Assembly (NCBI RefSeq): GCF_006345805.1
Contig: NW_021833079.1
Coordinates: 62,001 to 126,000, forward strand
Origin: Octopus sinensis
Taxonomy: Eukaryota
Reading direction: 5' to 3'
Length of the DNA: 64,000 nt
In this document: in pieces, positions 1 to 11,734 of the stretch
Numbering within the stretch: the first letter of the stretch is position 1
Layout: each line of letters begins with the position of its first letter
Position numbers and translations under genes: made by a program
The notes under the pieces: generated by a model
What the model was told of the DNA's origin: nothing
The model's database searches: none
The model's input: only the letters and a program-made list of their open reading frames with translations

Positions 1-19
1 AAGATAAGATAGGTTTATT

Positions 20-360
20 TTCACAAAAAAGATATCGGACATAAAGTTAAGGGCCAGTAGGAGGCCTTACTCACAAAGTTGTTCACCGCTATTTCCTTCT
101 CCTCTCTAGAAACTTTCGGAACTGGTTTTCGACAAGGTCATTAATCATAGGAAAAGTTTCCTGAAAGCTTGGTATTTGATCTCGTAGGTCACCTTGAGCG
201 CTAGTCACTTTGTTTTTTCCAGTAGTTTAATAATTCTTGCCTTAGAAGGGGACAAGATCCACCCTTCTAGCCCATACGTCAGCACAGGAAGAATGGCTAC
301 TCGGAAAATGAATAGTACCGTCTCAGGAGGTAAGCGAAATTTAATAAGGGATATGATCAT
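20..360 (-). pseudogene. LINE reverse-transcriptase C-terminal fragment
   Basis: Minus-strand reading FRLPPETVLFIFRVAILPVLTYGLEGW..KTK*LALK parallels FQLCPETFLYVYKTCVEPLLTYRFEGW in the RT relic at 45188-45919; contains a stop. Confidence 0.6.
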
Positions 361-1629
361 TTGTGACTTGAAACAAAACTAAACTTGAAACATTCACATG
401 TACTTGATCGAAGATGAGAATAGTGAAACAACTAACGTCCATATATCACAAATTACAAAAATTGACTAACGATTTTGCTTGAATTTTTTTCATCTAAATT
501 TTTTCAAATCTAGTTTTGTGTTTAAGATTTGATTAGGATTTGAGTTAAGGTTATGGGTGGGGAAAGCGCGCATAGGGTTAGTGTTAAAAGTAGGAGAAGC
601 TTGCATATGAAATCTAGAATTTTTTGAGCTTTTCTAATGTAAAGTTTTTTAATCGATTTTGAACAATTTTAAATCGTTATTTTCCAACGGTTAACAGAGA
701 TTGGTTTAATCATCTCGAGGAGGAGTCACGGCAGTCGTGAAACGAGCTGGCTTTTTCAGCGGATATCGTTCGCGATATTACGTGGAAATTGCCTGTCCAT
801 CCGCTCGGCGACTCATCTAAATTAGTTAACTTCTCTATTTTACTTGTTACTTAAAAAAAATCTCTATATTTAAAAAAACGGTTAACATGATATAGATTTC
901 TCGATAATCAATAAAAAAAACTTTTATGTTACTGGCAGTTAGTTTTTTGATAATTCAACGTGTACCAAAATTATTAAAAATAAGGTTTAAAGTAAAACTT
1001 GGAAAAAATTAGTATGGCAAAATTGCTAAAAAATGAGATTTTGAAAGTCTATTTAACCGCGTGTGAAAGTGTACTATTCGAGGAGAAAACAAGTGGGTCA
1101 TTTGGACCACTCTTTCGTTCGATTTTGTCCACTAAACACTACGTTGCGTAGGAAAAACAGACTTATTTTTTTTATTAACAACTTCTATTTAAAAAAATAT
1201 TAATTTATTTGCAGCCAAAAAGTATTAAAAATCTAAATCCGCTAAATAACATTGTAGGCCTCTAATAGAGATTTGTGATGACTAGTGATAAATAATCGAC
1301 TGAAAAGTAGCCTTTAGTTAGTTTTCTTGTAATTTCTCTAAAAATTTGTTATTGACCGAAAAGTTAGATACAAAATAAACTTCTATTTGAAAATGCAGAC
1401 ATATTGAAATCACCAATGTTCTAATTAGATTTTGCTAAAAGTTTAAATACCCAAAATTCAAATTCATTTTACTTAAAAATGATTTTATCGGTATTAACTC
1501 AGACTTTCGCTACATATGGTACAAGCTTTTTATGTAATTGTCTAAATCTGTAGTTAAAGTCATCTTTGAAGAATATGTTGCCAATACTCTTATATTTTAA
1601 AAGTTAAAATTTGTTGAATATATACTACA

Positions 1630-2608
1630 ATGTTTGTTTACCACATATTGTTATATTTAACATTTTTCTATCAAAATGGTAATTGATAAAATATACTTTT
1701 AGCCTCAGGTAGTGGTTCCAGAATGTTATGTAATAAAATAAAGTGTTATTTTAATCCCTCTAAAAATATGAATAAAAAGCAAGCTATTGAATTTTGCCAA
1801 AAATATAATATGAGCTTGCCACATATAAGAACCATTGAAGAAAATAGTTTTCTTCACAGTAAATATATTTTTGTTAGTTTAAGATTCGTTTGTGGTAAAA
1901 TACAACATTGACATGTGGATCGATTCAAAATCAAATGTTCATTTCTTCTTTATTTAAAATAGATGGAATATTCTAATTGGAAAGATGTTAGAGACAAAGA
2001 TACTTCCTGCACTATAATGAATGATTGTGGGAAATGGGAATCTGTCGACTGTAACATGAAAAGAGCAGCCGTCTGTTCTTCAAATAGTTCTGCCAATTTT
2101 TTTCATTTTAACTAGGAGATAGAGTTCGCTGTAACTGCGGTAGTCAACATTCTAATTATTGCTACATGTATTTCAACGAAAGTTCGACCTTAATAACAGC
2201 CCAGGGAAAATGTAAAAGTATTGGCGGGAAACTTCTTACAATAAAAAATCACCCTGAAAATAACTACATTTACGGTATTTTATGTCAGTTACAAATAGGG
2301 CAATTCATGGTGTGCAATGTACATAATATTATATTAAATATTATGAAGATAGGGAATTCTTTTTTGGAAGCTACAACAAAATCACAATTGGTTAAAATCT
2401 TCAATATTTATTGTAAGCTATACTATGCTTGGGGACGGTATGAGCCAAAAATGTTTAAATGTGTTGAATTGAAGGGGTGTGGATACTGGAAAACAATTCC
2501 ATGTACAGCTGAAAGAAATTATATATGCGAATTTAAAAGTTTATTGGTTTATATATGTCTTTAGTTGGGAACGTAACAAGTTGCCATACAATTAATAAGA
2601 AAACTTGA
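1630..2608 (+). CDS. Secreted protein with two C-type lectin domains, paralog 1 (multi-exon)
   Basis: Hydrophobic N-terminus, then introns 1679-1702 (24 nt), 25, 26, 2087-2115 (29 nt), 24, probable 39 and 27, and 2539-2564 (26 nt) that join the ORF pieces in frame. CTLD signatures: FC..Y..SLP, MWID, WESVDC, WGRYEP..CVEL..W...C..RNYICE. Confidence 0.85.
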
Positions 2609-2689
2609 TCTAGCTATTAATAGACTGTTAAAATTGTTAGTGTTGAGTTCTTGTTTGCTAAACTAATAAATTGATTTGTTTATATCGAC

Positions 2690-3190
2690 TCTGTATACAA
2701 AATTCTCCTCTTAAAGAGATCAAGAAAAGCCTAAATGGGTAATTGGTTTGATCATCCATCTGCAATCCATATTCGGAAGTATTCAGAAGTTAAGTTTTAA
2801 TATCAGACTTTTCTTCATAGATAGAAAACCCATATTTTTCCAATTGCAGCCTCTCCAGTGTCTTTCGAGAACGACCAAATGGATATGTACCTTGATTGCA
2901 TTTCAATTTTAAATTAGCATAAGTGGCTTTTTTTAGTGTTTTGAACAATTCTGTCCCACATAAGCACAACGGGGATTATTCTCACTTTTGAAAAATAATA
3001 ATTCAAAAATCACTTTTTAACAGTCCATATTTATAGATTTTCTCAATTTTGATATGTTTCCAGCAACTTTTCGAAATTATTCCAATCTCAATGAGCCTGA
3101 TTGTATTCTTGGTTTTGTCATAAACAAAAATATCTTGCTTAAATATCAATTTGAAAGACATAATGGGAAATTTATCCACAATGTTGAGCT
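2690..3190 (-). mobile_element. R4-type RLE retrotransposon 3' relic
   Basis: Degenerate QDIFVYDKTKNTIRLIEIGI...IIPVVLMWD...KTLE matches the RLE domain of the intact element at 17103-20561. Confidence 0.7.
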
Positions 3191-3439
3191 TTTCTCCCTA
3201 AACGAGAGTTTTCTTTAAATTTAGGTTTCTTTTGTTCAATTTAGGTTTCTTTTGTTCGATCTACCTTAATAATATAACCAAGACGAATAACTACAATTTT
3301 TATTTTTTAATAAAAAAATCAGTTAATTTTAATTGAGTGTTTTGTTTTTTTCGCATCGAATTTATAATATTTGCTTTGAATCTGAATATATCAAGTACAT
3401 TTCCGGAGTCTCTTGCTTAATAACATTTAGCAAAATTTT

Positions 3440-3730
3440 GAATGGGCATTCCGCATTGTTTATAAGTTGTTGATCATCAAAATGTTCCAGAAATTGTTCG
3501 CTGCAGTCCTTTTCATCACTACTGTTATCATCCCAGAAACTCTAAAATCGCATTTCCCACAATATCCGAATCAATCAAACTTTCTCCGATGTTTTCTTTT
3601 TCCCGACAGTCATATTCCAAAACTTTTTAAAGCAATGTTGTATTGAAGTGTCTGTAATCTCGTCCCATGCCAATTTGGAACATGAAATAGCATCAAAAAT
3701 TGTGATTCCCTTGTTTCATCGATTTTTAAT
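3440..3730 (-). pseudogene. pogo/Tigger-like transposase C-terminal fragment
   Basis: KLAWDEITDTSIQHCFKK resembles the AW..V...TI.NCF.K motif of DDE_1 transposases, followed by an acidic tail; no termini found. Confidence 0.4.
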
Positions 3731-3789
3731 GATTTATTTATTATTTATTAACTCCAAGATCACCGAGAAAGATAGGTCAGAACTAACTA

Positions 3790-4440
3790 ATTAGGTGATC
3801 CCTGCCTCCAACAACAGCCGGACTCTCTTTACATGATCTTCTGATGACCCAACCGTCACCCGGAAACGCCTCCTCTTCCTTCTGCAGAGGAACTCAATCG
3901 GAGTGCATTTCTTTATAACCGACCGAAATTCCTCTGCATGGGCCACCTTTTCCTTGAATGGGTTTCCCAGTTCCTTGCAGAAGCGTAGGAAACCCTGTCC
4001 ATTCTTCTGTGTCGCCTCCTTGGAGCAAGGCTGTCAACTGAGAGGTCAGTGTGGAGCATAATCTTCCTTCTGAGTGATTTCAAGCGTTCCGTTTTCGAAC
4101 AAGCAATTGCAAACCTCCAGGCTGAGCAGGCATACTCAACCGTCGGGGCAATCATTTGTTGGTAGACCTTGCTGACACAATTTTTCAGGGGGAAGGGACT
4201 CTTCTTTAACAGAGCTTTCAAGACGTTCCACTTCCGAAGACCTTTAGCTAGGGCCTCCTCCACGTGACTTGAGAACGTCATTAAGGAGTTGAAAACCACG
4301 CCAAGGATCTTCTGGGTACGCGACGAGGGAATAGGATTGTCTCCAATGAATAGTTCCGGTCCATACTTGAATCTTCTATCAGTAGTGAAGAGGGTGAATT
4401 GAGATGCGGTTCACCTGTCGTTGTGGTGGCGCCCAGTGCA
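3790..4440 (-). mobile_element. LINE (APE-clade-like) 3' fragment, RT thumb to end of ORF
   Basis: KILGVVFNSLMTFSSHV...YQQMIAPTVEYACSAW; ORF ends LLLEAGIT*, the same ending as the 59470-59675 fragment. Confidence 0.75.
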
Positions 4441-4649
4441 TATTCTGCATGAAAAAAAACTGTTCGACCTTCTCCTCCCCCCCCCCACGACTTTAGGAGG
4501 GGTGGCCTTCCAATTTGTAATGATAACTTTTTTCTATAACGTTTATTATGAAATCGTATATTTTTTAATTTAATTTCAATTCATTATATTCATGAATTTT
4601 ATAATTGGAAAATGTCAAATTCGATGTGAAAAAGTGTCGGAAAAAAATA

Positions 4650-4960
4650 AATCAACGTTTGTGCTCGTTAATGTAAAGAATAGTTGATCAAAAATGAAGA
4701 ATTACTCGAAAAGAATTGGCCGATGCTTTAAAGATTACAAGAACATCAGTATCCTTTCGTAAAATTACTTTTACGCTACGTAATGTCCCTTCGTACAGTT
4801 ACTCCAAAACACAAGTCAAAATGATTGTTTTATGGTTACTAAGAACCGAAATAAATGTTTTGGTATGGCCAAGTTAATCGTCAGACTTCTATCCAATCAA
4901 AAATTTATGGAAAATTAAACAAATCAAAATTGGTTTAAGGAAATCGAAAAAAAATTATGA
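4650..4960 (+). pseudogene. Tc1/mariner transposase fragments
   Basis: ELADALKITRTSV (HTH-like) and WPS*SSDFYPIKNLW (degenerate WPSQSPDLNPIENLW). Confidence 0.5.
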
Positions 4961-5629
4961 ATTGAAAACTATTTGCCATGGAAAATAAAAAAATATTACT
5001 CCATTCAAATTTCAGAAGCTTGTTTTTATCTACAACAAAAAATTCAAACCACTAGCAAAGGGAATGTAATTTAATATTAAAAATACTTCATCGGCAACTC
5101 AGGACTGACATACTAAGTTGCATCAATCGTGGACAAAGTTACAGAAACAATGGAACAGATTTTTAGTCAAAAAAAACTGGTCGAATTCGAATCGACTAAG
5201 TACGGTGAAATGGGCCTTATTGTCCGAAGAGTACTCAGAGTCTTTCCTCTTTTAAAGCGTGCAATGGTAAAATACTTTGAAAGGCCACCTTTAACTGCTC
5301 AAGTACCTCCTTGGATTTACATGAACATCAAAGAAAAATACCTTCCTTTAGATTTTCTTTCTTCAATCTTAGATTGTTTTTTTTGAACTATACTAACTTC
5401 TGCAGCTCTCCATAGAGAGCTAGGACATTCTCCTCGTTCTTGAACCTCAGGGTAAATTCTGATTTATCGTTGATCCTAAAATTTATTATCGACAAAAGCC
5501 TAGAGAAATTTTTACTAATGAAAGCCGATGAAACCAAAAATCAAATAAATTTTCATTAAAGTGAGATGATAGTAAATCAATAAATCATGAGATTAATATT
5601 TTTAAAATTATTATTATCAAATTATAAAA

Positions 5630-6193
5630 TTAATGCGTCACATCGATAAATTTTGGTGGTGTAAAATATTTTTTATACTTTTCAAATAGAAGTCTGTCAT
5701 GTGAAAAACAATCCTGAATCGGTAATAATCCAGATTTCCTGTTGTTTTTGGAATTTTTATTTATGGTCTGCATTTCGTTAATTTTTCCTAACTGAGAATT
5801 ACTACAAATTTTTAAATTATTTTCATTCTTTCTTTCGATTGCAGGTATTGTCATTTTAATTTCAGGTCTTTTATATGTGTCTTTATTTTCAATTTTTTTA
5901 TGGTTCACCTAAACAATTATGGTTTAATAATCAAACACTTTTTTTTGACAATAATCCCGATTATTTTTATAACAGTTAGTTCCAGTTTTTATTTTATTTT
6001 GCTTCAACTTAAATTTCTATAAAAATTACTTTTAGATCTTCTACGCGAAGGTTTTGAACAAAATCCTTAAATATATAATTTTTTGATTTACAATTCTTTG
6101 TTGAATCGTGAGATTATTCGGATAGCATAAATTATTTTTATTAATATTTTCATTGGCAGTGAGGTCCATCCTAATCGTCACGAATACTTCCAT
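5630..6193 (-). CDS. Orphan spliced gene, Lys/Asn-rich ~160-aa protein
   Basis: ATG at 6193; three phase-0 GT-AG introns (25, 22, 30 nt) join four exons in frame into ORF 5630-5908. No recognised domain. Confidence 0.5.
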
Positions 6194-6219
6194 TTTTAAT
6201 ATTAATTGAAGTAATCAAT

Positions 6220-6420
6220 GTAACCGAAACATGCTTCAATTGCATTAAGTAAACGGACGTATGGACTTATATTAATATTTTGCGTATTTCATGAGCATTG
6301 CCTGTACGAAAATTACATATTTGACATCATCTATATTGCGTCATGATATTTTTGAGTATAAGACCGCATGTGGATCACTTTTACACACCTTCAAAAACTT
6401 CACATTCAAGCTCCAATTTT
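6220..6420 (-). pseudogene. IS630/Tc1-like transposase C-terminal fragment
   Basis: Frameshifted SPY.PF.LNAIEACF resembles the PYSP.LNPIE..F motif. Confidence 0.3.
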
Positions 6421-6929
6421 GAGAGTGAAAAATGGGGAAAGAGTGAGTCTCTTTCTAGGATTCCTCTTTCTAGTTTAACAATTCCAATCCTCTTATCGTT
6501 GAGTGTCAAGCACTTGACATAAGAATTTTTGATTTACAGATTTAAATACATTTATGGCATCGATCCACGTTGCGATTGGATCAAACTGTCAGGATCCTTA
6601 ATTATCGCTGTTTTTGGAGGTAAGGGAGATGTTTAATGGGTATATCTTTAAAATCGTGTTGTCTTTCTTGCGTTATATTACGCGTAAAGCTCACTTTATT
6701 TCTACTCGGCAAAGATCGTCAAAAACCACGGGTCTATAAGTAGGTGAAGGAAAGACTTCGCATCTAAAAAATTTTGATATTAAGAGCAAAACTCTATTTT
6801 TTGCGAGAAAAAGTCTTTTGTGGAGTTATGGTATTCTTCGAATAATTTTAAACACAAAAATTGCACTTACCTACAAGCGCAGGATTTCTTGCTTTCAAAT
6901 ATGAAATTGTTGATACTTAAGTTACTTAG

Positions 6930-7250
6930 AGGAAACACTTGCTTATCCAAATTAATTGTAAATCACTACATTTGATTATGTTTAAATGTATGGAGAAACT
7001 AACTGTTGAAATATCTCCTTTGTAATGGTTGTCCAATTGAATAATACCCACAAAGCGAAGAATTTTACTATTTTTTGCAAGATAGAAATTTATTTTCTGC
7101 ATAAACGAGATGGGATCACTATGCGTATATTGCAAAAAAGTAGGTAGACTGTTGACCATCTGGTCTCGCAGTGTGGTAGGATGCTAAACAGTGATTATCT
7201 CGAAGACATAATAAAGTGTTAAAGTATATCAATCTTAATTTGGTTGAATG
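6930..7250 (+). mobile_element. R4-type retrotransposon relic (linker/CCHC region)
   Basis: LQDRNLF...TVDHLVSQCGRML.SDY.RRHNKVL matches LQDRNFF...TVDHLATKCGSMLYHDYTWRHNEVV of the intact element. Confidence 0.7.
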
Positions 7251-8103
7251 TATGAAATCAAAAAAGACTACTCGATCTCTCCTCTTTGCAACCTTTACGT
7301 GTTGACGACCATTTAACTGATCACCTTTTCCAATTTCCCGGTCTTCTCCCTATCCACAGACAATTTGATATTCTCTCTCCTGAGATCCTTTATGAACAAC
7401 ACAGGAAGGCGCTGTTGTTTCTGGTAGCTGCTGGTCTCATCCCTTATTTGTTATCCGGGTAATACAACAACAGAAACAACAAGTAAAAGATATGCATAAA
7501 TATAATTTGTTAGCAAATGAATTATTTATTTCATGCTTAGATCTGACGATATTGTTTTTAAATTCTTAAATAACCACTTGAATTTTTTTATTGTCGGTTA
7601 TGTATCAGAAAACATCGAGCCCATGTCTTAAAAGCCCAACTCCGGTATACTTTCAACTCTGGATTAGAGATAAATGAAAAAATACTTATTCTTTATTTTC
7701 CAGTTTTTTAAAAGTTATCAGAAATAAAATTAAAACCTTTAAATTATATATTTCCATACGTAATGATAAATTTATCATGTAAACGTTAATTTTTATTTTT
7801 GGGTCGAAATATAACTTTCAATCGGGAAATAGTTGTCGTTCACAATTCTAATAATTTTATAAGATAAATCATGGATTGAGTGACATTATTAAATAAATTT
7901 AACGGATGTAGAATAGTTAACAGTACCCCGTGGCTATAGCTAACAAAACTCTCTATGAGACACAAGTGTCTTGATTTTTATCAGATGACGTGTTTAAATA
8001 AATTGAATCGATAACAAAAATAAGCGTCACAAATTAATTGTGCTTAAGAAATATTGATTTATTTACGCTTGTATAAAAGTTAATTTTAATAGTTGGTTTG
8101 TTG

Positions 8104-8471
8104 ATGGAGCAGACAAGATCATTCACGTCGTCAATTTTTGATAAAACCCCAAAACTAATTTGGGGGAGAATAATCCAACCTCAATCCAGTTTTGGATATC
8201 AAAAATTGACTTCACGTGAAATACAACGAGTCGTTGATCGTCTCTATTATTCACCTCCATCAAAAAGACTAATTGAGACATTCCAACGATCACGCAAGAA
8301 AAGTACAAAAATTAATGAATTGGTTTATATTTTAATAAAAATAATCTTTTTTAGAATAAAAGATTATATTCGGAACAACGGCCAGTTCAAGAATCTGATA
8401 GAAGACAAATTTCCAGCGAATTTAAAAATACCGGAATTGTAACATCTTTTGCTTGGAAAGGATATAATTAA
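8104..8471 (+). CDS. Orphan two-exon gene, ~110-aa basic protein with two RLY motifs
   Basis: 32-nt GT-AG intron 8323-8354 gives ...INELNKRLYSEQRP...TSFAWKGYN*; repeated VDRLYYS / NKRLYSE. Confidence 0.55.
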
Positions 8472-8994
8472 TCGTTTATTTGTTGAAATTGCAAAAAACA
8501 AATTAGCCATAAAAATCATTTATTATTGATTTATTTACACAAAATTTTTTTTACAATTTTAATAGTTAGTTTGCTTCCGTAATTTTTAGTATTTGATACA
8601 TCAATCTCACCTTCTTAGGGCCCACGTTCAGTGCACGGGAGGGGACATTCATGTCAACATACGGTATAGATTTAGGGGCTACTTTCTCAGCAGGCATCAC
8701 TAACCCGTGCCTTATCTTGGGTTGCATGCTCTCTAAGTTCTTTGGGCAACATAAGTGTCTGGATATATGCATTCACCCTGTCCTCTACTCTGAGCACCTC
8801 CAAATGGTTCTTGAAGAATTTAAACAGTCCTGTCTCAGGTCATAACGACAGGGACGATCTTCACTTTCTCCGATTGATTGCTGTCAGTCAGGGTTGTTTG
8901 ATTTTAATCAACATAAAAATCAGTGATTTAAATCATTAAAAAATCAAACAAATCATTCAAATTTGTTTGCATTAAACAATTGGGCGACGATAGG

Positions 8995-9520
8995 TATTCA
9001 TGACCAAGATGTCATGAGCATATATGATGAGCTTGCCAATCTCCGCCAGGCTCCTTCTAAGTTCTACACACTATAATAGGCAGTTCCCATAGCGAACAAA
9101 AGATTTCTCTCCAGACAGATTTCTCTTCAGTCATCGATAGATCTTCATGCCGGCTTCGGTTACATGAACTCTCTCAAGTAGGTTAGGTGCCACACGGTAT
9201 CGAAAGCTTTTGCGAAATTCAAATAAAACACAGTTACTCAGGCATTCTTACTGTAAGTACGGGATAGTTAATGCTCTAACTCTTTGAAACAGTCTCTTGT
9301 GCATCTTCCTTCTCGGAATCCACATTTACAAATGGGAGCAAATTTTGTGATTATTTAGAAATTGCTTATTTAGATCTTTTCGATTGTTTTAGAGATAAAG
9401 CTAATTGGGAGATAGCTGACAACTAGCAGTGTCGATTTGCTCTGTTTTAGTATCATTCAAATAATCGTATGTTTCCACGCTGCCGAAACGTGTCTAATCG
9501 CCCAAAATAATGGCTCCTCC
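8995..9520 (-). pseudogene. LINE RT fragment
   Basis: WKHTII...SYLPIS...CGFREGRCTRDCFKELE...FAKAFDTVWH...YAHDIL; same family as 45188-46190. Confidence 0.7.
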
Positions 9521-9669
9521 AATAACTCCAAAGAGTCAAGTTTCTTCACAATCCTGTCGTGAATAAATCCTCCTTAACACTCATAGTTGTCTTTATTCAC
9601 ATTGTTTGCGGAACATTGGTTGCTCTAATCATTCGGATTAATTAATTATTTTTTACAGTTTGTAAAGAC

Positions 9670-10263
9670 TCACTCTATACCAACGATCGTGCTGAAATAC
9701 GAGTTGACACTGCAATCCCTACCGAATCAAAAATTCAATATAACAAGCCGGAAATTTTCCTATACGACAAAAAATTAAACCAGATATGGCTAATAGAGAT
9801 TAGAGTGACGTGTATGGATAATTTAAAAGCAGTTGAAGTTGAAAAACTTCATAAATATGATATTCTGACAGGTGAATTAGTAATAATTTACAAAAGCAAA
9901 GTCAAAATACTTCCGATTGTTATTACCTGGGATGCGATCGCCTCCAAGTATTTAAATATATATATGGATTTGATTGCCATTAAAGACAATGTTCTGGCGT
10001 ACATTCAAACGATTGCATTAAAGAAGACGTTAGAAGGAATGTTCGTAGAATATAAACATGGTTTCAAAGACGTAATGACTAAAGCATTGATTCTCAACAA
10101 AGATTATGCAGTGTGGAACACTTACCAAAGTGGAGCTAACTCGAAGAAGAGGAGACATGATGAGGTGACAAAAACCGAATACTCCGAGGAAGGGAAAATT
10201 AATAGCAAGAGGATCATGAAAAGTGATGGCCCTGTTCAGCGAGGCCCAGGACCAGTAAATTGA
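9670..10263 (+). mobile_element. R4-type RLE endonuclease relic
   Basis: IRVDTAI.TE.KIQYNKPEIFLYDKK...IEIRVTC.DNLKAVEVEKLHKYDIL...ILPIVITWD...ALKKTLE. Confidence 0.8.
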
Positions 10264-11354
10264 AAAATTTAATTAATCTAACTTTTAATTCATTGCTTTT
10301 GACATTATCACTTTCACAGTTTTCATAATAATTTAAAAATAATTTTATAAAATATATAATTAAAATACCCATGTCTGAATCTTCTTCATGTGGTAGTAAA
10401 TTTATAAATTATGATTAAGAATCGTTTAATTATGTTCTACGTCTTTGGAACCTTGGTCACTGTGACAGGAAAAAATGCAGCGGGGTCCGCCTTGTAAAAC
10501 TCGGCTTTGCCGAATTTATTCCTTTAAAAAAACGCTTTAATGGAATAGTCTTAACTCCAATGGCTACAAACGTGCTCTCATTCAGTGACAAGTTTTTAAT
10601 TTATGCAAAAATAACAGAGAAATAATAGAAAAATACGGAATATGTGCCATCGATTGTTCATGGAACAAAATTGATGACCTCAGTCGTTTAAAATTTAATT
10701 ATAAACACGGGCGTCTTCTCCCCTTTCTTGTGGCCGGAAATCCCACTCGCGGAGGCCAGGCCTGTACCCTCAGCTGCGTTGAAGCCTTTGCATCAGCTTT
10801 ATGTCTTATTGGTTGGAGGAAGGCTAAAATATTGTTTTAGGGGATTCACGCTCTGCTCGTTTAATCATGGACCCTTTTCCGTGGTCTGTCAATTTTTTTA
10901 ATATGAATGAAACTCTTTTATCAGCTTACTCTACGTGCAAGACGTCGGCTGAGTTGATTAATGTTCAAAATGAAATTATGAATAAAAAATTTGAATGTTT
11001 ATGAGTTTTTATTATTTTTAGATGACAAGGAGTCCAATATGCGTCAAAATAAATATTATGAACAGTCGCCTGTTGATTCGGATTCCTTAAGTGATTTTGA
11101 TTCATTAGAAATTTAAGTGTTTAATTTTATATTTTTACATTTATTTTTTTTCCTACAAAATTTTTATTCTTTAAATCAAAATTTTTTGGAATGATGTTTC
11201 ACATATTTTACCTGCCCTGCTGATAATGTAATCCAAAGTAGTTAATTTGATATTCTGGCTATAAATAGACACCTTACCATTGGGATTTTATTGAGATTGG
11301 AAGTAAAATAAAATCCAATTGAAATTTAATATTTTTGGATTTTTGGTTGAGCCA

Positions 11355-11590
11355 AAGGCACGGGATCAGAATCACTGATAAAGAAATAAATTCAGCCAGC
11401 AGCCTCATAATTGAAGCAAGTCGTTTTTATGAAGAAAGTATAGAAAATAGGGATAAGGAGCCTTGACTAATTTGGTGATGGATAATAAAGTAGTGGTGTT
11501 TGTTACTTCTTCCTCTAAAAGGAGAAAATTATTTTTCAGCAGATAACGAGCGGATAAAATTGTAATGATTAGTTAATTGATAACTTTTTA
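11355..11590 (+). mobile_element. 3' end of an R4-type subfamily
   Basis: Nucleotide match (inverted) to 58270-58510, e.g. CGGGATCAGAATCACTGAT and GAAGCAAGTC. Confidence 0.6.
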
Positions 11591-11734
11591 ATAATGTTTG
11601 GATTTTTTTAGTTTTTAAACTCAGTTAGCGTTCTGTTATTGCTATTTGATTTATTGAATACTATCAAATTAACAACCATTAATTTGTTTTTAATCGAAAT
11701 AATTAAATATCTACGTTTTTTCCATATTAATACA

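Noticed and set aside
2700-2760. CENP-B/pogo HTH motif (FLDLFKRR)
   Set aside because: Lies at the 3' end of an R4-type relic and matches the LLKRRI-type tail of that family.
8651-8845. Hsp70-like ORF (YGIDLGAT)
   Set aside because: Only the 8-residue motif matches; nothing downstream resembles Hsp70.
10700-10880. Further CRE RT fragment
   Set aside because: GC-richer patch with only vague similarity; no motif could be read in frame.
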